Shown: positions 9,440 to 19,675, counted from the whole stretch's first letter. The stretch: 63,919 bases of DNA, filler included, from an uncultured Methanosarcinales archaeon (GCA_964398115.1; 16 parts of 16 records of this genome joined end to end with filler, not necessarily neighbours in it); one strand, 5' to 3'. Notes: generated by a model from the sequence alone, not told the origin. Numbers and translations are program-made.

Positions 9440-10198
9440 ATGGTGTTAGAGTCGTTAATCGAACCCTTAAAAGTCGTAACTATAAGCATATTTCTTTACA
9501 TGACTCTCTGGTACCTCGGATCCCTATTATTAAAAGACAGCAGTATAGCAGACGTTGCATGGGGGATAGGATTCATATTCATCGCATTCATAACCCTATT
9601 CTGGAATCAAGCAACTTTTACCGAATATTTAGTAACCGCTCTTGTAACATTATGGGGTTTAAGACTATCCACCTATATAATTATAAGAAACAGAGGGAAA
9701 GAAGAAGACTTCAGATACAAAAAATGGAGAGAAGAATGGAATTACTTCTACATAAGGAGTTACTTTCAAGTCTTTCTCTTTCAAGGATTCTTAATGTTAA
9801 TATTCAGCCTTCCTGTAATCTTCATAAACCTATATTCACAAAGTTTCCACTGGTTCGCACTAGTAGGAACACTCATCTGGCTTGTAGGATTTTATTTCGA
9901 AAGCGTCGGCGACTATCAAAAATACCAGTTTAAACAAGAAAACGAAGGCTTAATGACAGATGGACTTTGGAGCCTCACCAGGCATCCCAACTACTTTGGA
10001 GAATCAACGATGTGGTGGGGTATTTGGATAATAGCCGCAACCGCGCCAAACGGGTGGATGACGATAATAAGCCCTATCCTCTTAACCTATTTCCTATTGA
10101 AAGTTTCAGGAGTTCCATTAGTTGAAGAAAGATACGAAGGAAACCCAGAATGGGAAGAATACAAAGAAGAAACAAACAAGTTCATACCATGGAAATAA
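9440..10198 (+). CDS. DUF1295 / steroid 5-alpha-reductase-like membrane protein
   Basis: DVAWG, EDFRY, ESVGDYQK and GLWSLTRHPNYFGE. Confidence 0.92.
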   Translation: MVLESLIEPLKVVTISIFLYMTLWYLGSLLLKDSSIADVAWGIGFIFIAFITLFWNQATFTEYLVTALVTLWGLRLSTYIIIRNRGKEEDFRYKKWREEWNYFYIRSYFQVFLFQGFLMLIFSLPVIFINLYSQSFHWFALVGTLIWLVGFYFESVGDYQKYQFKQENEGLMTDGLWSLTRHPNYFGESTMWWGIWIIAATAPNGWMTIISPILLTYFLLKVSGVPLVEERYEGNPEWEEYKEETNKFIPWK

Positions 10199-10259
10199 AA
10201 AGTTTTTACAAAAAATTTTTATACAAACACTCAACCTTAAATATATACGTTGGGGGTTT

Positions 10260-10685
10260 ATGAGAACTACAAACTTAACCGATAAAATCTTTGAAACCTT
10301 AAAAGTTCAAAACACTAACTTTGACGTCATACCCATAACAGACATTGAAAAATTCAGCAAAAACCTTATAGAACACGTAGCTGATTCTAAAACTTTACAT
10401 CCAAAGTTTGAAGGCTTAGGATACAATAAGGGAGAGCTAGAAGGCGATGCTGACAAAATTCAGAGGGCTATCTATCACGACGTTGCAAAAATGTATGATG
10501 ACAAGTTCAGATTAGATATTGGACGAGGATTACACATACCAGACAAAAACGGGATATACCTCCCAGCCAGAGAGGGAGAAGCTATTGCTAAACCATACTT
10601 GAACGATAATCCAATAAATAGAGAAAACCTTCATATACCAAGTGATAAATACGTTGAATTGTTAAAAAGTGTACGAAAAAGTTAA
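10260..10685 (+). CDS. Hypothetical protein
   Basis: ORF with a GGGGG SD-like site. No recognised motif. Confidence 0.55.
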   Translation: MRTTNLTDKIFETLKVQNTNFDVIPITDIEKFSKNLIEHVADSKTLHPKFEGLGYNKGELEGDADKIQRAIYHDVAKMYDDKFRLDIGRGLHIPDKNGIYLPAREGEAIAKPYLNDNPINRENLHIPSDKYVELLKSVRKS

Positions 10686-11125
10686 GCACGCGCAACTCCA
10701 ACACTAGGACTTTGCCTAATATGATACAACATGTTCCTATAACCTTGTTCTCGATCATGAAAATCAGGTATTAACAAACCCTCATCGTTCCGTGTAACAG
10801 AAATACTAGATGAGCCAAGAGAAACTTCAACACTCTCTTCAGAACCATAACTCGAATCGGACAAACCAGCAATGCTTAGCAATCCCTCCATGTTATCATC
10901 AACCACGACATCACCTCTTAACAAAGGAATCCCTGAAGATACTTCATCTACCAAATAACCGTCTTCAGAAACACCTTTAACACCTTCAAAATATTCTTCA
11001 GCACTTTGATAAGCCTTTTTCAACCTCAAAACATCATGTTGAGAATTCCTCAAACCCTCCTTTTTAATAAGAGGTGTTAGATACAAAGCTACAACCAAAT
11101 CCTCTAAATCACTCATAACCCCCAC
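10682..11125 (-). CDS. Hypothetical protein
   Basis: Acidic ORF with a GGTGA SD. No recognised motif. Confidence 0.55.
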   Translation of the reverse strand: MGVMSDLEDLVVALYLTPLIKKEGLRNSQHDVLRLKKAYQSAEEYFEGVKGVSEDGYLVDEVSSGIPLLRGDVVVDDNMEGLLSIAGLSDSSYGSEESVEVSLGSSSISVTRNDEGLLIPDFHDREQGYRNMLYHIRQSPSVGVARA

Positions 11126-11186
11126 TCACCTAGCTCAAACATAAGATTTCAATGTATAAAAGAGTTAGGGATTTCAAAAAATTTTT

Positions 11187-11648
11187 TTATTCCAACCTAC
11201 TCCTCAACATCCAAGAAGTTTGTTCATGCTCTCGAATTCTTTCAGTAAGCATGTCAACAGTGCCGTCATCTCCACCTTCATCCGCATCTTCTAAAACGTT
11301 TCGGATTTCACGAAGCATTCTCTCATGATCTTCTAACAAGTCTCTTGTCATGTCATCCGCATTCAATTTCGAATCCGCACTAGAAATGTTAGATAATTCA
11401 TTAAACTCACTAAAACTACCGGGAGCGGTTCCATCCAACATTTGAATTCTTTCAGCAATCATGTCAACGGCTTCCCACAAATCACCATATTGTTCTTCAA
11501 ACATCAAATGCAAATCCCTGAAATGCTTACCTTTCAAATTCCAATGATAATTTTGAGTTTTCAACATCAAAGCATAAGTATCAGCCAAGACTCCACCCAA
11601 ACTATCTGCCATAGACTCACAATAATCTTCACTTAATCCAATATCCAT
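11187..11648 (-). CDS. dps: Dps DNA-protection ferritin-like protein
   Basis: KTQNYHWNLKG.HFRDLHLMFEEQY, DMIAERI and HEQTSWMLRS. Confidence 0.95.
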   Translation of the reverse strand: MDIGLSEDYCESMADSLGGVLADTYALMLKTQNYHWNLKGKHFRDLHLMFEEQYGDLWEAVDMIAERIQMLDGTAPGSFSEFNELSNISSADSKLNADDMTRDLLEDHERMLREIRNVLEDADEGGDDGTVDMLTERIREHEQTSWMLRSRLE

Positions 11649-11734
11649 CTCCTATCACCTCACAAACACGAAAATTCTTACATCTTTTAATGCTTTGCGC
11701 AAAATTAAAAAGACAAACTTTTTTCACAAAGGAA

Positions 11735-12733
11735 ATGAAGATGAACCCAATCTTGAAAACTTTGAAACAAAACATGGCCTACAAGCCAGGAGAAAAAGTA
11801 GCGATAATAACACAAGAATGGGAACAAGGATTAGGAGATAAACAAATATTTGAAAAGACAAAAAAAGTAGCGGAAAAAATGTACCAAGCTTATAAGAAAA
11901 AAGACGTCAACGTTTCACTGCATAGCTACGTCCCTGATGAAGCTATGAACGGAGTAGACGCTCCACAAAGTTTGTATGAAGAAGTTGGAACTCCTGACAT
12001 AGTATTTATGCCCACTGCCTACTCCTTAACTCATACGGAATTCCGGAAAAAATTAACAGATAACGATGCTAGAGTAGCGAGCATGCCCGGATTTAGTATG
12101 GAACTTTTCGAAAAAGGAGGTCCGATGGATGTCGATTATGAAAATATAAAGTTAATGACAGCTCACGCCGAGCAAAGATTAAGAGAAAACAATTACGTAC
12201 ACGTACAAGGAAAAAAGACAGACATAGTAGTAGAAATAAATCATGAAAACGTACACTACAGCGACGGTTTAATCACCGAACCCGGAACGCATGGAAACCT
12301 CCCCGGCGCAGAAAGCTTCGTAACACCCATACACGAAGGAGACAGCCACGGCTATATAACAATACCAAAAGGATGGGGTGGTCAAGAACCTCTAAAAGGA
12401 GAAATAACCCTCCACGTAGAAGACGGCAGATTCGTAAAAGTGGAAGGCTCTGAAGAAGCAAAGAAACAAGCGAAGGAAATAATATGGAGTGGAGAAGATC
12501 ACGATATACTAGCAGAACTAGGAATAGGAACCAACCCTGCCATAACAGAAAAATATATTGAAAAACACAGTTGGAACCTGCTAGTCGCCGAAAAAGTATT
12601 CGGAAGCGCACACTTCGCAAACGGAAACAGCGCAGCCATGGGAGGAGAAAACGACGTACCCGTACACGTAGACTGGGTAGTACCCGACGTCGATATAACC
12701 TACCACATGAAAAACCCAAAAAGACAAAAATAA
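11735..12733 (+). CDS. Aminopeptidase (M29 / aminopeptidase T-like)
   Basis: GNLPGAESF, LAELGIGTNP, EKVFGSAHFANG and VPVHVDWV. Confidence 0.85.
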   Translation: MKMNPILKTLKQNMAYKPGEKVAIITQEWEQGLGDKQIFEKTKKVAEKMYQAYKKKDVNVSLHSYVPDEAMNGVDAPQSLYEEVGTPDIVFMPTAYSLTHTEFRKKLTDNDARVASMPGFSMELFEKGGPMDVDYENIKLMTAHAEQRLRENNYVHVQGKKTDIVVEINHENVHYSDGLITEPGTHGNLPGAESFVTPIHEGDSHGYITIPKGWGGQEPLKGEITLHVEDGRFVKVEGSEEAKKQAKEIIWSGEDHDILAELGIGTNPAITEKYIEKHSWNLLVAEKVFGSAHFANGNSAAMGGENDVPVHVDWVVPDVDITYHMKNPKRQK

Positions 12734-12903
12734 TACAAATAACCAAAACTTTTTTAAAGGGGTTACTATTCCGTCCTGAATACCCACCAGAAAATGTATG
12801 AGGGAGATAACAAATACTACAAACAATACCGTTCTGTGATTAATTCCGCGCACAGAGAGGTATTGCTGAAAAACCAGGCTTGAGCGAAGCCCCAAAAAGT
12901 GAT

Positions 12904-13010
12904 GCCCTGGTGGTGTAGTGGACTAGCATGATGCCCTGTCGAACAAAGAAACGGCTATAAAAAAATTGTGCAGTTAGGCATCGACCCGGGTTCAAATCCC
13001 GGCCGGGGCG
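12904..13010 (+). tRNA. tRNA-Asp(GTC) with a 34-nt canonical 37/38 intron (12942-12975)
   Basis: Cloverleaf GCCCTGG...GGTTCAAATCC...CCGGGGC with anticodon GTC at 12938-12940. BHB: CTGT/GCAG helix, CGA and TTA bulges, ACAA/TTGT intron stem. Confidence 0.93.
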
Positions 13011-13031
13011 CTTTTCACAAAAAAATTAGAT

Positions 13032-13118
13032 GGGCCGGTAGCTCAGCCTGGAAACAATACTATTGTTGGGCAATAGAGCACTCGGCTTTTAACCGAGTGG
13101 TCGTGGGTTCAAATCCCG
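13032..13118 (+). tRNA. tRNA-Lys(TTT) with a 22-nt D-loop intron (13052-13073); 3' end cut by the contig end
   Basis: Anticodon arm CTCGG-CT-TTT-AA-CCGAG. Removing 13052-13073 restores the D arm GCTCAGCCTGGTAGAGC. Confidence 0.9.
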
Positions 13119-13218
13119 NNNNNNNNNNNNNNNNNNNNNNNNNNNNNNNNNNNNNNNNNNNNTTAATTAATTAANNNNNNNNNNNNNNNNNNNNNNNNNN
13201 NNNNNNNNNNNNNNNNNN

Positions 13219-13849
13219 TTTCATAACGATCGAAGTCACTTTTTTGATGCGGTAAGATAAACATTTGCGCCTCAGCCTGCGTGAATTCTCTCGTCCTCAA
13301 AAGATGCTGCCTCGGACTAATCTCATTACGATAAGCCTTGCCAATTTGGAAAACACCGAACGGATACTTGCCACGGAAGAAATGATCATATCGCTTGAAG
13401 GGAAGATAAGTTGTGGTCGCGGTTTCAGGCCTGTTAAAAGCACGCTTATCCATACCTACCGTGGTTTCCATCATAAGGTTATGATCCTCAACACTCTCTA
13501 ATCTACCACCACAATTTGGGCATTCATCACCCTCGCTCAATTCTTTATCTGCTCGAAAGTCACTCTCGCAATTTGTGCATTCAAGCATAGGATCTGTAAA
13601 ACTTTCCAAGTGACCACTGGCTTCCCAAACCTCTTCCGGCATGATTGTAGGAGCTTCTATCTCCATAAATTCATTCTTGACAAAAACATCTCTAATCCTG
13701 TCTTCCACGTTGTTCTTCAATAGCTTGCCGACAGGTCCGTAAGTGTAGAAGCCGCTAAGTCCGTTGTAAATTTCAGGCTCTGGACCCCAAACCATTCCCT
13801 GCTGTTGTAGGAAACTTGAAAGCCTGTCCAAATGGTCTTTATCTCTCAT
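13219..13849 (-). CDS. glyS: Glycyl-tRNA synthetase (alpha2 type), N-terminal part
   Basis: EIYNGLSGFYTYGPVG, VWEASGH, RPETA and FQIGKAYRNEISPRQHLLRTREFTQAEAQ. Confidence 0.93.
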
Positions 13850-13968
13850 GTTCGAAAGTTATCAAAAATTAGTTTATATATGTTTCGCGAAGAGATGATA
13901 GCTTATTTCGTTTAATTTCCGAATTTTTTGTAGTAAAACCTTAATTTCGTAACTTATTCTGGGTGTTG

Positions 13969-14184
13969 ATGAAGATTGTTTTTACTTATCATGCTAGGGA
14001 GCAGATGAGGCTTAGAAATATAGAGGAGGTGTGGGTTAGGGAAGTTGTTAAATACCCAGACAAAACCGAAAAGCTTTCGAACGATAAGTATCTAGCACGC
14101 CGAAAAATAAACGGTTTAAAGCTTGAAGTCATATATTTACAACAAAAATATAAAAAGATAATAACCGTATACAAACTACAATGA
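13969..14184 (+). CDS. DUF4258 (RelE-like) putative toxin
   Basis: FTYHAREQMRLRNI...IITVY. ATGA overlap with the DUF2283 gene. Confidence 0.8.
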   Translation: MKIVFTYHAREQMRLRNIEEVWVREVVKYPDKTEKLSNDKYLARRKINGLKLEVIYLQQKYKKIITVYKLQ

Positions 14185-14381
14185 AAATACGATACGACCC
14201 AGAAGCAGACGCCATGTACATAAAAATAAATGAATCCAAAGTAGAAAAAACAAAAAAGATTGATAAAAACACCCTCATAGACTACGACAAACAAGGAAAA
14301 GTAATAGGATTCGAACTTCTCTCCGTAAAAGAAAACAATCCAAATCTCCTCAAAGAACTACAAGTAGAAATGACCGCTTAA
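14181..14381 (+). CDS. DUF2283 putative antitoxin
   Basis: MKIRYDPEADAMYI...IDYDKQGKVIGFELL. Confidence 0.88.
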   Translation: MKIRYDPEADAMYIKINESKVEKTKKIDKNTLIDYDKQGKVIGFELLSVKENNPNLLKELQVEMTA

Positions 14382-14388
14382 CAAAAAG

Positions 14389-14802
14389 TCATATATCTTC
14401 TTTAGTAATAGAATTTTCAAATTCGGAAAAAGTCAAGTTGCCTTGCTGATAAGTTTCTAAACTATTAACAGATACTCTCCATTCCTCAACCGGTTCGTAA
14501 TCATCATAAACTTGCACCACAGCCTCGTTAGAACTAACATTAGCGCTGCTGATAAAACCTAATACCAGGTACGTAGCTTGATCCTTCTCCATATCATCAG
14601 GGAGCTCATAACGCACCAACGCTCTTTCACTGGTGACATCAACAACAGCATCGCTAATACCATTACTTCTCAACTGCGCATAAACCTCTGAATTAACTTC
14701 TTTAACCTGAGGCGCATCCACCCTTTCCTGAGGTTGAGATAAGAACAAAAATGCTCCTATCAAAACCACAAGTATAACTCCAGATATAATCCACTTATTC
14801 AT
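14389..14802 (-). CDS. Membrane-anchored hypothetical protein, partner of the upstream large secreted protein
   Basis: N-terminal TM helix. Starts 1 nt after the stop of 14804..16942. Confidence 0.65.
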   Translation of the reverse strand: MNKWIISGVILVVLIGAFLFLSQPQERVDAPQVKEVNSEVYAQLRSNGISDAVVDVTSERALVRYELPDDMEKDQATYLVLGFISSANVSSNEAVVQVYDDYEPVEEWRVSVNSLETYQQGNLTFSEFENSITKEDI

Positions 14803-14803
14803 T

Positions 14804-16942
14804 TTAATAACCGCCGTATCCTCCATATCCAGCTCCAACATCTACAGTACTGGTTGAACCATAACCATATCCTGTGTTGTAACCAGAATAAGCAGTTCCG
14901 TAATAAGCACCCGCGCTGTGTGAAAGACCGGAAGGATCCGCATCTATTAACCTTTGGGTGCCAGTATTCGTGTAACCATGGGTGTCACCATAACTATCCA
15001 CAACAGAACGTACATCAGAACCAGTGTTTAAATCAGTACTAGGATCACTCAAACCATGACCCAACGAGTTAGTTTCAATACTTACTGAATCCTCATCTGT
15101 AAACCTACTCACCAACCTTCCAACTCTAGTCAAAACTTCATACTTAGCTGAACTTATTAAGCCAGAACCACTGATGTCTAACGCGCCCGTATTCAAAGCT
15201 TTCTTAGCTACTTTAAACTTGTCTTCAGAATGTAATAACTTCTTCACCGTAGTTTCATCAGTATCTATAACAACGCCATGCCCGAAATCAGCAGCTTCAA
15301 CCTGATCAAAATCAGTAACAACACCATTATCTCCCGTTTCAATCTTAAACAACAACAACTCTCTATCAGCGTCAATCCTAGCAAGCATGGTATCACTAAC
15401 TAAACTCTTAAAAGCTCCAGGTATGTTACCTTGTTCAGCCGCAGGATTGTAATCATTCTCGATGTCCATTAAAATTTCAGGAATCCAACCAGGAAGAGGC
15501 GAAACCATATCCATATTATTGAGAAGTCCTCCCGTAGTCACTCCACTAGGTGGCTCGCTACAGTCAATACCATTCAGAATTTGTTTCAACTTCTGAATCC
15601 GCTTTTTCAATTTCAAAATTTCTTTCTCTAACTTTTGCTTCTCTTTTTTCACTTTTTCTAACTCTTTTTTAATCTGATTTTTCATGACTTCCCTATTGTC
15701 CTCAATTTTTCCATTTAGGGCTTTTAACAAGTAATCTCTAGCTTCTGCTTGGCCCAAAACTCCTTTTTCGACAAGATGTTCAATTAACTGTTTAAACAAG
15801 TAGCTTATGGTTGTTTTAGTAGCTTGAGCTGTAGCCGCACTAGCGCCGCCTGTAAACGGAGCAGAGGCAAAACCTATCATAAGCTGTACTCTGCTTATGT
15901 AATCTAAAGCGCGTTCGTAACGTTCAAGTTGTTTGAACTTCTCATAACCTTCTTCTCCCAATTTATTCCGTAGCAACTCTTGCCATGTCATAGTTTCATA
16001 ATCCTGAAATGAACTTTCCAAATCGTTAATCCTTTTATTTTTCTTATCTATTTTTTTCTCTTTCTCATCTATTTTGTCATTCAAATTCTTGATTTTCTTC
16101 TTGATTCTTTCTCGCTTTTCAGAACAAGGAGTTTCGGCAAAGTCTTCAGGGATATCTTCTGGCTCTACATCATCTTCAAATTCAAAATCCGGAGTTCCCC
16201 CAGGCGTAGTTATCATACTTTTGTTATTAGTCCCATTAGGTGTACCATTATTAACAGATCCGTTGGGAACCCAAGGGGGTCCGACTTGTCCTGATCCATT
16301 TCTAGGGGTTTTGTTTGGAGGAGGATCATCTATAGTAAGGTTAGGAGGTATAGTACCTGTATTATAATCTTCTGTTTCACCGATTTCATAAACTCCATGT
16401 CCTGTGTAATCTTGTATTTTTTGTCCTGTTAAGGTAAACCTAGTCCATGTTGAAAAGCAAGTTTTTAGAGGTGCAGCATCTGAACGACACATCCAAAAGT
16501 ATCGCGGCATTTCAACATTTAACCTAACCTGCTTTGTAGAACTTGGAGATACTTGAACTTCTTTATTTTGGATAATCCATTCATCCCAATCTCCTTGAGT
16601 ATCTTCCCAATCTCCGTCTTCGTTAAAATCAGATAATACGTTAATGTANNNNNNNNNNTCCCAATCATTATTAGTGACGTTTACAACAATCAATCCAGGT
16701 TTTGCTCTTACAATACCATCATCGTGTTCATCAGGATAATCAACTTCATCTTCTGCGTCAACATCTTCACCTAGCCACGCCCTAGTAACATCTTCATGAC
16801 GACTTCCATTATCTAACTCCAAAGAGGGGTAGGGAACAGTTGCATCTCCATAATCCATCTTTGCAGATGCGAAAGAAGCAATTAGTAAGGATGCTACCAT
16901 CCAAATCAATGCTTTTTTGCCGGTTCTAGACACTGTAGTCAC
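14804..16942 (-). CDS. Large secreted protein: GEVED-like domain, coiled coil with hydrophobic hairpin, possible SCP2-like region
   Basis: Signal peptide. DYGDA..YP...RH...WLGEDVDAE...DDGI...DFNEDGDW...GETEDY. IGFASAPFTGGASAATA lies between two Lys/Glu coiled coils. Confidence 0.7.
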   Translation of the reverse strand: MTTVSRTGKKALIWMVASLLIASFASAKMDYGDATVPYPSLELDNGSRHEDVTRAWLGEDVDAEDEVDYPDEHDDGIVRAKPGLIVVNVTNNDWXXXXYINVLSDFNEDGDWEDTQGDWDEWIIQNKEVQVSPSSTKQVRLNVEMPRYFWMCRSDAAPLKTCFSTWTRFTLTGQKIQDYTGHGVYEIGETEDYNTGTIPPNLTIDDPPPNKTPRNGSGQVGPPWVPNGSVNNGTPNGTNNKSMITTPGGTPDFEFEDDVEPEDIPEDFAETPCSEKRERIKKKIKNLNDKIDEKEKKIDKKNKRINDLESSFQDYETMTWQELLRNKLGEEGYEKFKQLERYERALDYISRVQLMIGFASAPFTGGASAATAQATKTTISYLFKQLIEHLVEKGVLGQAEARDYLLKALNGKIEDNREVMKNQIKKELEKVKKEKQKLEKEILKLKKRIQKLKQILNGIDCSEPPSGVTTGGLLNNMDMVSPLPGWIPEILMDIENDYNPAAEQGNIPGAFKSLVSDTMLARIDADRELLLFKIETGDNGVVTDFDQVEAADFGHGVVIDTDETTVKKLLHSEDKFKVAKKALNTGALDISGSGLISSAKYEVLTRVGRLVSRFTDEDSVSIETNSLGHGLSDPSTDLNTGSDVRSVVDSYGDTHGYTNTGTQRLIDADPSGLSHSAGAYYGTAYSGYNTGYGYGSTSTVDVGAGYGGYGGY

Positions 16943-17085
16943 TTTCTAACCGTGTTTACACCATTTCTTCCTATTTAAATCTTTACACTTTAATTATTTC
17001 TTTTCTATATAAAAAATAAATGTCGGAAAATTTACAAAAACTTGAGAGAAAAGTTTAAAACGATCTAAAACCCGAAAAGCCACTG

Positions 17086-17286
17086 ATGGAAAAAGAAAAA
17101 CTAGTCAAAAACATTCAAATAATTATAGGCGTCGTCGCACTCATAGTAGGAGCAAGCGGATTAGGAAGGCTAATAGAAACCAACACAGGTTTCGGATGGC
17201 CACAAATAACATACTGGATACTAGCCAGCCTCGGAATAGCAATAGGGATCTTATTCACCTTCTTAAACTTCACACAAGAAAAATGA
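17086..17286 (+). CDS. Small two-TM membrane protein
   Basis: Two hydrophobic helices. ATGA overlap with the next gene. Confidence 0.6.
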   Translation: MEKEKLVKNIQIIIGVVALIVGASGLGRLIETNTGFGWPQITYWILASLGIAIGILFTFLNFTQEK

Positions 17287-17522
17287 AAGAACTAAAGAAA
17301 AACAAACTGGACTTAGAATACAACTTTGAAAGCCGGAAAGCCATAATATTTCTCACCGCTATGACCATAACATTCATCGGATTCTTAGGCGTTATGATAT
17401 CACAAGGATTGATAGAAACCGCACTCTCTATAGGAGTTGTAATACTAATAATAGGAACAGCATTATATCAAAGGACAAAAATGAGAATGGATGACATATT
17501 AGAAGAAATAGAAAACCTATAA
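17283..17522 (+). CDS. Small two-TM membrane protein
   Basis: KNKLDLEY N-terminus followed by two TM helices. Confidence 0.6.
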   Translation: MKELKKNKLDLEYNFESRKAIIFLTAMTITFIGFLGVMISQGLIETALSIGVVILIIGTALYQRTKMRMDDILEEIENL

Positions 17523-17589
17523 TTCTTTTCCATATAGACAAAAAAAGTTGTAATAATCTTTAAATACGCCTAAAAACTTACCCAACAGT

Positions 17590-18957
17590 ATGGACGCTAA
17601 GATAGGCTTGGAAATACACGGCTACCTAAACACACCAAACAATACCAAACTATTCTGCGAATGCGAAATAGACCGAGACAGCAATCCAAACACCAACATC
17701 TGCCCCATCTGCACAGGACAACCAGGAAGCAAACCAATGCTTCCCAACGAACAAGCACTCCACAAAATAATCGCCATAGCCTTAATGCTAGACTGCGACG
17801 TAAACACAGAACTAATGTTCCAAAGAAAACACTACAGCTGGCCCGACCTACCCAACGGATACCAAAAAACCATGAGTGGCTCATACTCTATACCGGTCGC
17901 GATAAACGGAGAATTCCTCGACATAGGAATAAAACAAATCCACCTAGAAGAAGACCCAGCCAAATGGGATCCAGAAACAGGAAAGATAGACTACAACCGA
18001 AGCGGCTACCCCCTAGTAGAAATAGTAACAGAACCAGACTTCGAAAGCAGCGAACAAGTAGAAGAATGGCTAAGAAAACTAATGACCACCCTCAGCTATA
18101 TACAAGCCGTAGAAAAAAGTGCGGGCATAAAATGCGACGTCAACGTAAGCACCGCGCCAAACTATGAAAGAACAGAAGTCAAAAATGTCAATTCAGTAAC
18201 TAGCATAGTCGAAGCAATCAACTACGAACTAGAAAGACAACAAAACGCAGAAGCCAAGAGACAAACCAGAGCATGGAACGAATTCGAACAAAAAACCGAA
18301 TTCATGCGAGAAAAAGAAACAGCACAAGACTACATGTTCATACCAGAACCAGACCTACCCACCATTCCAGTAAGTCCAGAACTATTAGAAGAAACACAAG
18401 CCGAAATACCAGAAAAACCACAAGTCAAATACGAAAGATTCCGAGACCACTTCAACATAAAAGAAGACGACGCATTCATCATAAGCAGAAACATAGTACT
18501 TTCAGAAATGTTAGAAGAAATCAACGAAGATCTAGAAGATCCGCAATTTATAGCTAATTGGTTGAGAAGAGACGTCATAGGTATTGCAAATGAATTAGAA
18601 GTAGATCTTGATGAAGTAGATGTTCAGGAAATTAGTGAATGCCTTAAAATGAAATACAATGATGAAATTTCTAATATTAACGCTAAGAAACTCTTGCGTA
18701 AAATAATTAAAGGTGAGGAAGAAGATGCGAGGGACGCCGCTATAAAATCTGATTTAACTATAATATCCGAAGAAGATAAGCTTGAAGAATTCGCCGACGA
18801 AGCAATCGAAGAAAAAAATGAAGCAGTACAAGACTACCTAGAAGGAGAACAAGCCGCGATCAACGCAGTAGTCGGATACGTAATGCAAAAAACAAAAGGC
18901 AAAGCAAATCCGGAAAAGGTGAAAAAAATATTGAGGAGGAAAATCGATGGGGGTTAA
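17590..18957 (+). CDS. gatB: Asp/Glu-tRNA amidotransferase subunit B
   Basis: IGLEIH, TKLFC, CPICTGQPG, HLEED, DYNRSGYPLVEIVTEPD and VMQKTKGKANP. Confidence 0.95.
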   Translation: MDAKIGLEIHGYLNTPNNTKLFCECEIDRDSNPNTNICPICTGQPGSKPMLPNEQALHKIIAIALMLDCDVNTELMFQRKHYSWPDLPNGYQKTMSGSYSIPVAINGEFLDIGIKQIHLEEDPAKWDPETGKIDYNRSGYPLVEIVTEPDFESSEQVEEWLRKLMTTLSYIQAVEKSAGIKCDVNVSTAPNYERTEVKNVNSVTSIVEAINYELERQQNAEAKRQTRAWNEFEQKTEFMREKETAQDYMFIPEPDLPTIPVSPELLEETQAEIPEKPQVKYERFRDHFNIKEDDAFIISRNIVLSEMLEEINEDLEDPQFIANWLRRDVIGIANELEVDLDEVDVQEISECLKMKYNDEISNINAKKLLRKIIKGEEEDARDAAIKSDLTIISEEDKLEEFADEAIEEKNEAVQDYLEGEQAAINAVVGYVMQKTKGKANPEKVKKILRRKIDGG

Positions 18958-19043
18958 AGAAGAAGCCAAAGAAATAATGGACGACTTCATGACTAAATTA
19001 GAAGATGTAGAAGAACCAGAAAACTTTGGAATACACCGAGACG
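18947..19043 (+). CDS. Probable GatC-like subunit, N-terminus (truncated)
   Basis: MGVKEEAKEIMDDFMTKLE overlaps the gatB stop. Call rests on position and a helical acidic start. Confidence 0.45.
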
Positions 19044-19162
19044 AGGCAATGCGAGACGCAAAANNNNNNNNNNNNNNNNNNNNNNNNNNNNNNNNNNNNN
19101 NNNNNNNTTAATTAATTAANNNNNNNNNNNNNNNNNNNNNNNNNNNNNNNNNNNNNNNNNNN

Positions 19163-19595
19163 NGAAGACGGCAACTTATACTATGAAGACTACGAATTTG
19201 AACCTGGCAAAGACGACGTTATAAGAGAAGGAACAGATGGGTACATCGTGAGCTACGGCGCGATGTTATACCGATGCTTAGACGCAGTAGAGAAGTTAAA
19301 AGAAGAAGGCATCGACGTGGGCTTGATCAACAAACCAACTTTGAACGTTGTAGATCATGACACGATGGAAATTCTAAGTAACGAAGACCTAGTATTAGTG
19401 GTAGAAGCACAAAATTACAAGACAGGACTTGGAATAAGATTCGGTACTTGGCTATTACAACACGGATTCAACGGCACCTACGATCAAATGGGCACGACCA
19501 AGTTGGGGCACGGCGGTGTCAAAGCACAAGTTCCGCATCAAGAACTCGGGACGGAACACATTCAAGAAAGAGTTCGAGACTTGTATAAATTCTAA
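19163..19595 (+). CDS. Transketolase C-terminal domain (5'-truncated)
   Basis: GYIVSYGAMLYRCLDAVEKLKEEGIDVGLINKPTL, VLVVE and ELGTEHI. Confidence 0.8.
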
Positions 19596-19675
19596 CCGAA
19601 GTTATTTCTTTTCAATATAGACAATAAATAAGCGAATAATTTTAAAACAATACTAGCTTTTCCTCTTCTATACAT

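Noticed and set aside
12968..13174. 68-aa ORF over the tRNA pair
   Set aside because: It overlaps tRNA-Asp and tRNA-Lys and runs into the linker.
17661..18557. Arg-rich alternative-frame ORFs inside gatB (similar ones in gyrA)
   Set aside because: The T-poor coding strand lacks off-frame stops. No independent motifs.
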